DNA from: Terriglobia bacterium
GTDB taxonomy: Bacteria; Acidobacteriota; Terriglobia; 20CM-2-55-15
Length of the DNA: 64,000 nucleotides
Assembly: GCA_963664115.2 (NCBI GenBank)
Contig: CAXWPJ010000002.1
Coordinates: 640,001 to 704,000 of the forward strand
Reading direction: 5' to 3'
Shown in pieces: positions 47,001 through 56,238 of this stretch. The position numbers and the translations under genes are program-made. The notes beneath the pieces were generated by a model. The model was not told where the DNA came from and did no database searches. It was given only the letters and a program-made list of their open reading frames with translations. Position 1 is the stretch's first letter; every line of letters begins with the position of its first letter.

Positions 47001-49410
47001 GACCTATGGCAGCGACATTCTCGCCGGCGGCAGCAACGATGACATGATCTTCGGCCAGCGCGGTGAAGACACGATTCAGGGCGACGGATCGGTGTTCTTC
47101 GACGTCTGGAAAGTGAACGTCGATTCCAGTGTCGGCGGATTCGTCGCCGAAACGCTTAACCAATCGACTTTCGAACCCTTGAACGTCGACGGATTCGCCC
47201 CGGTCGGTCTGTTCGACGCCTTCACGTTGCGGCCTGCGGCACCCGATTATCTGCCGGCGTCGTCTGAGGCGGCCACCGACGGCGACGACTACATCGAGGG
47301 TGGTGTCGACACCGACGTCATCTTCGGCGACCTGGGTCAGAATGACATCATCGGGGGCAGCTCCAACCAGTTCGGTCTCGACTTTGCCTGGCAGCGTGCG
47401 GGTCTTTCCTTAACGGCCTTCGCCGCATCCGGTCGGCCCGTCGATGGCAGTGGCGCCGACATTCTGTTCGGTGGTGCCGGCTTGCGGATCGACCACAACA
47501 ACCCGGGCTTCGACAGCGACGACTCTCTGGTGTCCTTCGAAGACCGTCATGCACGGAACGCCAACGTCATCGTGGGTGACAACGGCAACATCTTCCGCCT
47601 CACCGGAACCGGTGGCTTCGACACGGGCGCGAACCTGACATTCAACTACGATGCCCAGGATGTCACCCGTGGCGACCTGCGCGTCAAAGCACGCGGTGTG
47701 GACCTGCTCGATTACTTCCGCTGGACGATCGCCACCGCAGCCGGTGTCGCGGTTCCTTCGCACCTGGGCTTTGACGGTGAGATCGGCGCGGGCGACCTGA
47801 TCCATGGTGGCTCGGGCGACGACGTGATCTACGGCATGGGCGGCGACAACGTGATCTTCGGTCATGGTGGCGACGACGTGATCGTCGGTGGCTACGGTAA
47901 CGACTGGATATCGGGCGGTGTCGGCGACGACGGCATTCTCGGTGATGATGGTGTCATGGCGATCTCCAGAGACAGCAGCGCCTACGGTGAGCCGCTCTAC
48001 GGGATCGATCCGATCGCAACGGGCGAGTTGACTACGGAACTGGCAGCACCTGGACCGGCATTCCACGACATTATCAATGTCGAGGGCGAGTTGACGCACA
48101 CAGCCAGACTGTTCGCCTTCATCTACGAGTTCGGCGGAAACGACATCGCTTACGGCGGTCTGGGCAGCGATTCGATCCACGGTGGCGTGGGCGACGACGC
48201 CCTCTCCGGCGCAGAGGCGCTTCCCGGATACTTCTCCGGCGAGCTGAACGAGTTGCTGAAGGCCACACAGGGCGACGGAAATACCTCTACAGAGCCGTGG
48301 TTCTTCGATACAGCGCCGTTCAACCCCGGAGACATCCTCCAGTACCAGCTGGGCGAAAGCGCCTGGTTCAGGCTCTTTAATCAGCTGGATCCGCTGCGGA
48401 TGATGCTGGTCGACTCTGCCGGCAACCGGGTCGATGCCGCCGACGTGGATATCGCATTGGCCGATTCGAACGGGCAGAATGAAATCGCCAACGTCGACTA
48501 TGACGCCACGAAGTGGTCCAGCGCAGCCACCGGCGAAGAGGTCTTCGACTTCTTCCTGAACTTCGATCCGAACGAGGGTGTGCTGGATACCCGCTTCACG
48601 ACGACAGATCCGCAAATGTCCGACGGCGACGACGTGATCTTCGGCGACCTGGGTAACGACTGGATCGTCGGCGGCACGGGACGCGACCATGTGTGGGGTG
48701 GTGCCGACGATGACGTCCTCAACGTGGACGACAACCATCTGACGACTATCTTCGAACAGCAAGATCCGATCGCTAACGATTCGGCTGACCCGTTCCAGGC
48801 GTATTCGGATATCGGCTATGGCGGAATCGGACGAGATGCCTTGCTGGCAAACACGGGTGCAGATCGAGTCATTGACTGGATCGGCGAGTTTAACAGCTAC
48901 TCGGTTCCGTTCAATCCGTTCGGTGGCCACCAGATCTCACGTCAGATCTCGCCGGGCCTCCGCGAGTTCCTCTATGAACTTGCCCGGGCTGACGGTGCTG
49001 ACCTGCTGGTCGGTGTGGAACGCGGTGGCACACCCGAGCGCAACGGTGAGCCGTTCGGCGAGACAACCGTGGTCACGTCTGCCGATGAAGCATGGGCGGC
49101 GCAGCACGGGGCTCCTCTGGATCAGCAGCCGGGCAGCTATCCGGGACGCCGTGTCCTGATGTTGCGGGAGCTTGAAGGTCCAGTGGCTGGAACGTTGAAC
49201 GTGGATAGCCCGACGACCACCGGCGGTGACACAACTCTTGCCGGAGACTCCTCGACCGGAACGGGCGATACCGCGACGTCCGATGGCGGGGCGACCGGCG
49301 ATGGGACTGGCGGTGACACCGAAACGCCCAGCACCGGAAATAACGGAAACGGCAGCGGTGGTGGGAACAGCAACGCGGGCGGCAACGGCGGCGGTAGCAA
49401 AAAGGAATAG
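26076..49410 (+). CDS. Giant LEPR-XLL / RTX repeat surface protein (~7,790 aa if one frameshift near 45745-45800 is repaired)
   Basis: N-terminal ENLEPRILLSGD; ~235-aa beta repeats; DxDGDG EF-hand-like motifs; GGxGxDxL RTX nonapeptides; Calx-beta/Ig-like modules. ORFs 26076-45758 and 45907-49410 continue the same repeat across a 26-bp-short garbled segment. Confidence 0.88.
27830..31900 (+). repeat. Internal ~705-708 bp (~235 aa) imperfect repeats within the giant gene
   Basis: GTGGACAACGCG anchor recurs at 28323, 29031 and 29736; the GPYWTD motif recurs six times. Boundaries approximate. Confidence 0.85.
44560..46100 (+). repeat. Near-identical 483-bp (161 aa) tandem repeat, about 3 units
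   Basis: GATTGAGAGCCTGTACCTGAAC anchor at 44741, 45224 and 45707 (period 483). Confidence 0.93.
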
Positions 49411-49568
49411 ATCGAGAACTTCAACCCGGGAATTCACTATCCCTTTCCAAGGACCCGAATTTACCGCGCCTCTGCTCCTCGATTCCGAATCCCAGCGGCA
49501 TTAAATTTGCTCGATGAACCGTACGGTCAATCGCGGGCGGTTCTGTGTTTCGCCGCGTCGCTGGAATC

Positions 49569-50042
49569 CTAATCCAACTTGACGCCTGGTATGGTGCTCG
49601 ATCCCGGCCGGATCTGGGGCATATAGATCACACGAAACGGCAGTCTCGTTAACAGATCCGTTTTTCCGCGATCGTCGAGGAAAATCTCAAACCAATAGAC
49701 ACCGGCCATTTCGAATCGTAACTTCATCTTGCAGACGAGATCGCCAACACGGTCGTCATCGCCTTCGAAGTTGATCGCTTGGCGAATGACTTCGTTCGAA
49801 TCGCCCGACGGTGCCACAAGACGGACAACTATCGAGTACAGCCCACGCGTGGCTCCCGACGTCAATTTCATGAACAGGGCGAGTTGATAATCAAATGGCG
49901 GAAGGGTTGAGGGAGGATCCGGTCCCACGCGCACGTGAGTGACCCGATCGATTATCCGGACAGCCGTTTTGATGCCGTCTTTCTCCTCCAATACCTTCTC
50001 GCACAATAGTGCTGTGATGTATGGTCCCTGATTGTCGTTCAT
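49569..50042 (-). CDS. Hypothetical protein (possibly DUF6941-like)
   Basis: ATG 50042 with a purine-rich RBS; ALLCEKV..DG...IIDR and F..AGVYWFEI pattern typical of beta-sandwich proteins in mobile regions. Confidence 0.6.
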   Translation of the reverse strand: MNDNQGPYITALLCEKVLEEKDGIKTAVRIIDRVTHVRVGPDPPSTLPPFDYQLALFMKLTSGATRGLYSIVVRLVAPSGDSNEVIRQAINFEGDDDRVGDLVCKMKLRFEMAGVYWFEIFLDDRGKTDLLTRLPFRVIYMPQIRPGSSTIPGVKLD

Positions 50043-50136
50043 GTTTTCCTGCTCCGCACAGGATTGTACCGTGTACGTCGTCAGAGTAATTGGCACAAAA
50101 TCTCAGTTTTGCTAAGAGATGGTTTTGAAGTTATAG

Positions 50137-50291
50137 TGATTTCGATAACGTAAAAGGGACCCACCCCTGATAGCCTCCCGGCACGTGCCCGGATGAACCG
50201 GCACGGCGGCGGTCTTACTTATGAACCACTAACCTGGGGGTGGGTCCTTTTTACTCGATCGAGGCGGGCTCTTTTTACGTTGTCAAAGCGA
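50137..50291. mobile_element. MITE-like or IS21-end-like remnant
   Basis: Inverted ends TGATTTCGATAACGTAAAAGGGACCCACC and (reverse complement) TCGCTTTGACAACGTAAAAAGAGCCCGCC, plus an internal second motif copy GGGGTGGGTCCTTTTTAC; no ORF. Confidence 0.5.
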
Positions 50292-50606
50292 TTGTAACAG
50301 TCCAGTCCTGAGATTGGCTATCAAGTGGTGGCAATCTCAAAGCTGTCCTGAATAGTTTGAAGAGCTGAAAGAACGTGTGCCCGTGCCCTGACTTTCTGGG
50401 TCAAGTCCTGAGAAATGATCTTCCTGACGTTGAGAACTGTAATTCCTGTTTTCTACCGCGTTAAGAACAGTCTCGAATCGAAATAGCGAAAACCCCGGCG
50501 TTTTAGTGCTTCGGAATGAACACCATGGACGCGGTTGTTCTTAGAGGTGGACCCCATACGTTGGACAGCTTGGCAGCCAATTTAAGGTGGATTCCGCGGT
50601 TCATGT

Positions 50607-51455
50607 TTATGCTGCCGAGGTCAGTGGCCGTGTTCCCGCGTAGGCTTCGCTCGGCGTGAGATCGTCGAGTTTGGAATGCGGGCGGTCGTTATTGTAATAG
50701 TTCATCCAGACACCTATGTGGTGCCGGGCATCTTTGAAGTCACTGAAGGCGTTTAGATAAACGCATTCGTATTTGATCGAGCGCCATAGGCGTTCGATGA
50801 AAACGTTGTCGATCCATTGCCCCTTGCCGTCCATGGAGATCCGGATACCTCGTTCTTTAAGTCGGTCCGTCCAGGCCCTGCTGGTGAACTGGCTGCCCTG
50901 ATCGGTGTTGAAGATTTCCGGACTGCCGTATTCCTCGATCGCCTCGTCGAGGGCTTCAAGGCAAAACGTCGTGTCCTGGGTGTTGGACAGCCGCCAGGAC
51001 AACACCTTCCGCGTATGCCAGTCCATGATCGCGACCAGATATAAGAATCCGTGCGCCATCGGGATATACGTCACGTCGGTAGACCACGCTTGATTCGCCC
51101 GCTCCACGGCAATGTCGTTGAGTAGATATGGGTACACCGGATGAGCCGGGTTTCTCCGGGACGTCTGCGGTGCCACCGAGCGCAGCCCCATCAACCGCAT
51201 TAGTCGGCGTACCCGCTTCCGGCCCACATCGTAGCCGAGACGTTTCAGATGACGCGTCATCTGCCTGGACCCATACCAGGGCATCTTCAGATACGCCTCG
51301 TCGATCACGCGCATCAGGTCCAGATTGCGATCACTCTCACCCCGTGGCCGATAGTACCAACTCGAACGGCTCAACCCGATCAAGTCGCATTGCCGGACCA
51401 CACTGAGCTGCTCATGGCCCGGTTCGACCACCTCGCGCCTTCGACCCAAGCTCAT
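50607..51455 (-). CDS. IS3 transposase OrfB (DDE integrase core)
   Basis: YGSRQM, WSTDVTYI, NTDQGSQF, DNVFIERLWRSIKYE, YNNDRPHS. Confidence 0.93.
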   Translation of the reverse strand: MSLGRRREVVEPGHEQLSVVRQCDLIGLSRSSWYYRPRGESDRNLDLMRVIDEAYLKMPWYGSRQMTRHLKRLGYDVGRKRVRRLMRLMGLRSVAPQTSRRNPAHPVYPYLLNDIAVERANQAWSTDVTYIPMAHGFLYLVAIMDWHTRKVLSWRLSNTQDTTFCLEALDEAIEEYGSPEIFNTDQGSQFTSRAWTDRLKERGIRISMDGKGQWIDNVFIERLWRSIKYECVYLNAFSDFKDARHHIGVWMNYYNNDRPHSKLDDLTPSEAYAGTRPLTSAA

Positions 51456-51733
51456 CGATTGAAGGCTCGTGCTAAAAAATCCCGTTCCACGACCAGTTCA
51501 CCGATCTTGGCCTGCAGGTCTTTGATCTCGTCCTCGTGGTTCCGGGCCGATGGATCCCGGCCTCGCTGGAATCCTTCTTTAACGCTATCAAGCGCATCAC
51601 GCTTCCACTTCGTGATCATGTTCGGATGGATCTTGTACCGCGCCGCCAATTCGGCCATCGTGCCGTCGCCACGCATCGCGGCCAGCGCTACCTTCGCTTT
51701 GAAATCTGCTGAAAAATTCCGTCGTTTCGCCAT
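51452..51733 (-). CDS. IS3 transposase OrfA (HTH)
   Basis: RRNFSADFKAKVAL, ELAARYKIHP, KIGEL..ERDFL; T6 slippery run near the orfA/orfB ATGA overlap. Confidence 0.92.
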   Translation of the reverse strand: MAKRRNFSADFKAKVALAAMRGDGTMAELAARYKIHPNMITKWKRDALDSVKEGFQRGRDPSARNHEDEIKDLQAKIGELVVERDFLARAFNR

Positions 51734-51826
51734 CGTCGTTAGGTCCTCTCATCTATGCAGAGTCCACCTTATAACGCTGTCCTAATTTTGGGGGCCACTT
51801 CTCTTTGTTTTCAATCGACAACCAAT

Positions 51827-51870
51827 TTCCCAAGCTGGACGTCGCGGGTTCGATCCCCGTCTCCCGCTCT
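51827..51870 (+). repeat. att-like copy 1 of the tRNA-Gly 3' half
   Basis: TTCCCAAGCTGGACGTCGCGGGTTCGATCCCCGTCTCCCGCTCT; differs from the tRNA only by a compensatory T-stem pair. Confidence 0.95.
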
Positions 51871-52002
51871 GTAGTTGCAACAACTTGGATGGTGGGCTGA
51901 AAAGCTCTACCGCATTTCTGCTGAAATTAACGCACACACGCCGATCCCAGGATCTACAAGACTTCACGCCGACACTAAAGGGACGGCCGACGTTTCCGCT
52001 GC

Positions 52003-52323
52003 TCAAACCGGCTGCAAAGCTCCCTTCTTGTCGTGGGGATGCGGGGCTATGCGTGCGGCTTGTTTGCCGACCCGATCCTTGGCCATCTCGAGATCGTAGT
52101 GAGCCTGCAGATTAATCCAGTAGCCGTCGGTAGTGCCGAAATACGCCGACAAGAGCACGGCCATTTCAGGAGACACCGCTCGTTTTTCACGCACAATGTC
52201 GTTCACCCGGGGCCGTGGCACGTCGAGTGATTTGGCGAGCGCGTACGCAGACAGACCCACAGGCTCCATGAATTCCTCACGAAGAATCTTGCCCGGATGA
52301 GCCAGTTTGAGCTTTTTTGCCAT
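52003..52323 (-). CDS. higA: HigA-family antitoxin (HTH)
   Basis: HPGKILREEF, LSAYALAK, YWINLQAHYDL; GGAGG RBS before ATG 52323. Confidence 0.92.
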   Translation of the reverse strand: MAKKLKLAHPGKILREEFMEPVGLSAYALAKSLDVPRPRVNDIVREKRAVSPEMAVLLSAYFGTTDGYWINLQAHYDLEMAKDRVGKQAARIAPHPHDKKGALQPV

Positions 52324-52336
52324 AAATCCTCCCTGG

Positions 52337-52618
52337 TCAATGATAGTCCGCAATCTCGACATCGAAAGCATGGCCACCCTTCCATTTGAAGCAGACGCGC
52401 CATTGCCTGTTGATTCGAATGCTGTATTGGCCCTTGCGTTCACCTTTCAGGGCCTCGAGCTGATTGGAGGCCGAAATCGACAGATCCTTGAGATTGCCTG
52501 ATGCATGTAACTGCTGCATCTTCATCAGCGCCCGTTCCTGAATATCGTTCGGAAGCTTCTTGGAATGCTCGCGATCCCAGAGCCTCCCAGTCTCCTTATT
52601 CCCGAACGATCTGATCAT
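52337..52618 (-). CDS. higB: HigB / RelE-like toxin
   Basis: MIRSF, NQLEALKGERKGQYSIRINRQWRVCF, VEIADYH; toxin-first gene order. Confidence 0.93.
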   Translation of the reverse strand: MIRSFGNKETGRLWDREHSKKLPNDIQERALMKMQQLHASGNLKDLSISASNQLEALKGERKGQYSIRINRQWRVCFKWKGGHAFDVEIADYH

Positions 52619-52626
52619 CTGACTCT

Positions 52627-52655
52627 ATGGTAACGCGTCGCATTACTAGCGTCAA
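52627..52655 (-). promoter_or_regulatory. higBA sigma70 promoter with palindromic operator
   Basis: On the minus strand TTGACG (52655-52650), 17 nt, TACCAT (52632-52627); near-palindrome GTAACGCG-T-CGCATTAC at 52630-52646. Confidence 0.75.
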
Positions 52656-52879
52656 TCGCCAACTGGGGGATTTGACAGTTCCGCGCCGCCGCAAGTTGTC
52701 ACGTTTTCAGCGGAAGCGGTCTACGAGTTTCGCCCTGCGGGTCGCTCCGGTTTCGACACTCGGAATCGTGTGCTCCGTTTGTGCCCCATTGATCGGGACG
52801 TTTCAGGAACTCTATAGAACCTATTGCAAGGAATCGACGCCATTGACACCAAAAAATCAGTTTACGATTTAGGGTTAAT

Positions 52880-52923
52880 TTCCCGAGCTGGACGTCGCGG
52901 GTTCGTTCCCCGTCTCCCGCTCT
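52880..52923 (+). repeat. att-like copy 2 of the tRNA-Gly 3' half
   Basis: TTCCCGAGCTGGACGTCGCGGGTTCGTTCCCCGTCTCCCGCTCT; two substitutions relative to copy 1. Confidence 0.92.
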
Positions 52924-53233
52924 TTGGAATCCGTAACTTAAAGGCCCATCCGAAATCTGTACTCCATCCATCTAGTTGTCATTTGGGTGTGGTCTGAGTG
53001 TTGGGTACTGCTTTTGTATGGTCTGAGTGGGCCCGAGGGTGGGTTGTGTGGCAAGGATTGGTTTTTTTTGAGGGACCTGAAGTGGACGTTTTGCTAGGAG
53101 AATTATTGCCAGCATCGCTTTTCAGCAGGAGGCGATGAGATAGAAAAACGAACAGCGTATGGGCCGGTATCAGTGTTTCGCTGGTGGCGGCTATCGTGGT
53201 TTCTTCATCCCCTGATCAGTCCAGGAGGTTCCA

Positions 53234-53524
53234 ATGAATAAGGGAAACTTGATAGAACGAATCGCCGAAAAGACGAATCTGTCCAAGACCACGGCCGCAG
53301 ACGCATTGAATTCTGCACTCGAATGCATCGAGACGGCACTGAGTGAAGGCGACAATGTGTCGCTTGTCGGTTTCGGTACTTTCGCAGTCTCAGAACGGAA
53401 GGCCCGGATCGGTCGCAATCCGCAGACCGGCGCTGCTCTTCAAATACCCGCGCGAAGAGTTGCAAAGTTCAAACCTGGCGCGAATCTGAAGAAGCTTAAT
53501 GGAGTCGGTGGTGGAAACGGCTAG
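53234..53524 (+). CDS. hup: HU-family DNA-binding protein
   Basis: MNKGNLI, VSLVGFGTF, RIGRNPQTG, KFKPG; AGGAGG RBS. Confidence 0.95.
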   Translation: MNKGNLIERIAEKTNLSKTTAADALNSALECIETALSEGDNVSLVGFGTFAVSERKARIGRNPQTGAALQIPARRVAKFKPGANLKKLNGVGGGNG

Positions 53525-53664
53525 TTTGTTTTAGCGTGCCGTTTGTAGCCCGTCAGAGCATTATGTTCAGAATGCGCTGAAAAACTAAGAGACACTTTGA
53601 AAGAGAAGGTTCGGATTGTGTTGGAGGGGTCACGAGGCGAAACGGGTGTGGACCGAACGCCACT

Positions 53665-53853
53665 TCAAGTGACCACGACGATCTTGCCTTCGGCCCGGTT
53701 CTCTACCATGCAGCGGTGCGCATCGACGGTCTCCATGAGGTTGATTACCTGACGAATTCTCGTTAACTTGACAGTACCAGTATTCAGGATGTCGCGCGTG
53801 AGGATTGACTCGTCGGTCAAGGTGAACTTGACAGTGCGTCTTCTGCCTACCAT
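53665..53853 (-). pseudogene. Remnant of a zinc-binding dehydrogenase / quinone oxidoreductase C-terminus
   Basis: QVINLMETVDAHRCMVENRAEGKIVVVT* resembles the MDR-family C-terminal tail; the rest of the gene is absent. Confidence 0.5.
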
Positions 53854-53974
53854 TATCAGGCCGCGTGACGCTTCGATCGAGTTTCCGAAGGGTGCGGGGT
53901 TCGGCGGCGGACACGCCCGGCGATTTGCACCACCGCAACGCCGGGTTCACTAATTCCCTTGTGGGAGGATATTC

Positions 53975-55024
53975 ATGACGGATCTTGATCGTCGAAGCTT
54001 TCTGACAAAAGTCATCGCGTCGCTGGGTCTGGCCGCAACGGCGAACGTCGACTCTCTGGCAGCGGCTGCTCAGGTGGCGCCTGCCGCGACCAACCGTATC
54101 GACGTGCACCATCATTTCTCGCCGCCGGCCTGGATTGCTGAAGTCTCAGGACGGCCCCTGCTCAACCCGGCAAACCCGAGATGGACGCCCGAGCAATCGA
54201 TTGAGGACATGGAGCGGGGTAACTGCGCGGCCGCCATGATTTCCATCACCAACCCGGGCTTGTACTTCGGTGATCGAGCGGTGACGCGTGACCTGGCTCG
54301 CGCATGCAACGAATACGGCGCGGAGCTGGTGCAAACCTATCCGACCCGCTTCGGTCTGTTTGCCGCCATGCCGTTGCCCGATGTGGACGCGACGCTGGCC
54401 GAGATCGAGTACGCCTATGACACGCTGAACGTGGACGGCATCGGCCTGATGACGAGCTACGACGAGAACATCTGGCTGGGCACCCCGGCGTTCCGGCCCG
54501 TGATGGAGGAGCTCAACCGGCGCAACGCCGTGGTCCACGTTCACCCGACGGCCGCCAACTGCTGTCGGAACCTTTCATATGGCGTGAATCCGGGGAGCAT
54601 GGAGTACGGGACCGACACGACCCGCGCCATCGTGGGCGTGTCTTTCAGCGGCGACGCGGCAATGTTTCCCAACATTCGGTTTATCTGGTCGCACGCCGGC
54701 GGGTCGCTGCCGTTCTTGGCCGGCCGCATCCACCGAGCCTCGCGCAACGCCACCGACCGCCTGCCGAACGGCTTTCTGCAAGTCGCCAGCCAGTTCTATT
54801 ACGACACGGCAGGAGCCGCTAATCGGGGCGCACTGGTTTCGCTGCTGGAACTCGTGGGGACGGACCACGTCATGTTCGGGACCGATTTTCCGCCGGGTGG
54901 GACCATACAGGCGATGGCCGAGGCCCTGCGGACACTGAACCTCTTCAACGACAGCGATCTCAGGGCGATCGAGCGCGACAACGCGGTGCGGCTCATTCCA
55001 CGACTCAGGAACTCGATTGCGTGA
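53975..55024 (+). CDS. Tat-signal amidohydrolase_2 family protein (ACMSD / aromatic decarboxylase-like)
   Basis: DRRSFL Tat motif; IDVHHH, VHVHP, SHAGG, FGTDFP. Confidence 0.87.
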   Translation: MTDLDRRSFLTKVIASLGLAATANVDSLAAAAQVAPAATNRIDVHHHFSPPAWIAEVSGRPLLNPANPRWTPEQSIEDMERGNCAAAMISITNPGLYFGDRAVTRDLARACNEYGAELVQTYPTRFGLFAAMPLPDVDATLAEIEYAYDTLNVDGIGLMTSYDENIWLGTPAFRPVMEELNRRNAVVHVHPTAANCCRNLSYGVNPGSMEYGTDTTRAIVGVSFSGDAAMFPNIRFIWSHAGGSLPFLAGRIHRASRNATDRLPNGFLQVASQFYYDTAGAANRGALVSLLELVGTDHVMFGTDFPPGGTIQAMAEALRTLNLFNDSDLRAIERDNAVRLIPRLRNSIA

Positions 55025-55218
55025 TGTGATCTGTGGCGTTGCGTGTCCTCTGCTGTGCGCCTGCAACCAAAACAGCGACACGATCATCAATTTTAGTGTC
55101 GATCAGGCGACCGGCTCGTTGGCGACTCCTGTGCCGGATCTGCGGCAGCAAGGTGTTGTACAATCGAAACTCCTGATCACGAGAAAGTGAGACATACAAA
55201 GAGAGTGAGACACACGAC

Positions 55219-56049
55219 ATGATAGAAATTATCGACAGCGAGCAAAAAACCAGGACCCCGATCGAGGAAGGGCAGGTGAGGAAGGTTCTCGATCCATCCG
55301 AGGACGGAACCCGGGTTCAGGTCGCCCTCAAGAACGTGGAGCCGGGCAAGACATCTCGCCTGGCTGCCAGTGACAGGACGCAGGTCGTCTACATCCTGGA
55401 AGGGACCGACGCCAAGCTTACCTACACGAGGGCCGGCACCACGACCGAGCACACCGCAGGGCGGCGGGCCGGCGTCTATCTGGAGCCCGGCGAGGAAGCG
55501 ACCGTCACCGCGTCTGAAAGCGGGCTGAGTCTTCTGCTTGTCAACGTGCCGAAGTACACGGGCAAGGCCACGGACGACGACTCACCGGCCGGCTACTTCT
55601 TCGAAGAGGCGCAACTCAGGTCGCTGATCGACGAGCGAAGTATCCGCGAGCGGACCTTCTGGGTGAACAAGGAAACGGGCATGTCCGGCTCCTGGGACCT
55701 GCAGCTCGGCCGCATGCGCTATGAACCACTTGCCGCCTCTCCCCGGCACGTCCACGTAGCCTCGGAGACCAGCTCGATCCAGCCGGAGCATTTCTACTTC
55801 ATCGAAGAAGGCACTGGAGAAGTGAAGCATGACACCGGCAGTCTTCCCGTGGGTCCCGGAAGCCTGGTGTTCATCCCGGCGGGCGAATGGCATCAGCTGA
55901 TCGCGTCCGAGACGGGATTCGATTACATCGAATTCCAGGCACCTTTCGACTTCGCCAGCACCATGGATGCCGATCCTCTCGGGAAGAACTGGTATATCAA
56001 GGGGACCGACGACGGAACAGGCAAGCCTGAGCTCTGGGTCCAGAGCTGA
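55219..56049 (+). CDS. Cupin-domain protein
   Basis: HVH..EHFYFIEEGTG and GSLVFIPAGEWH cupin motifs. Confidence 0.8.
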   Translation: MIEIIDSEQKTRTPIEEGQVRKVLDPSEDGTRVQVALKNVEPGKTSRLAASDRTQVVYILEGTDAKLTYTRAGTTTEHTAGRRAGVYLEPGEEATVTASESGLSLLLVNVPKYTGKATDDDSPAGYFFEEAQLRSLIDERSIRERTFWVNKETGMSGSWDLQLGRMRYEPLAASPRHVHVASETSSIQPEHFYFIEEGTGEVKHDTGSLPVGPGSLVFIPAGEWHQLIASETGFDYIEFQAPFDFASTMDADPLGKNWYIKGTDDGTGKPELWVQS

Positions 56050-56117
56050 GCGTCCGGCGACTCTGCCCTTATGATCGGTGTCGAGCTGGCGTAGGGGATT
56101 CGCGTCCAAATTTCTTC

Positions 56118-56154
56118 AGCTCGACGTCGCGGGTTCGATCCCCGTCTCCCACTC
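56118..56154 (+). repeat. att-like copy 3 (most degenerate) of the tRNA-Gly 3' end
   Basis: AGCTCGACGTCGCGGGTTCGATCCCCGTCTCCCACTC, immediately before core-like genes resume. Confidence 0.85.
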
Positions 56155-56238
56155 CGGAATCCCGTCGCATGGACAGTGTGTTCAGGCTGTGCTCTTTAGA
56201 AGTGTGCGCGTGTCCGTTTTCCTCGATCTGACCGGCCA

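Larger units (their letters stand above)
50542..51803 (-). mobile_element. IS3-family insertion sequence (~1.26 kb)
   Basis: Imperfect terminal IRs AGAGGTGGACCCCATACGTTGGACAGC and AGAAGTGGCCCCCAAAATTAGGACAGC (reverse complement) around orfA/orfB. Confidence 0.9.
13459..51870. mobile_element. ~38 kb genomic island integrated in tRNA-Gly
   Basis: Integrase remnant next to the tRNA; 44-bp copy of the tRNA 3' half at 51827-51870; accessory cargo between them. Confidence 0.85.

Noticed and set aside
50534-51811. Target-site duplication for the IS3 element
   Set aside because: Flanks are T-rich, but no exact 3-4 bp direct repeat could be assigned with confidence.
51827-56154. Three additional tRNA genes
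   Set aside because: Each lacks the 5' acceptor strand and D arm; they are att-type 3' fragments.
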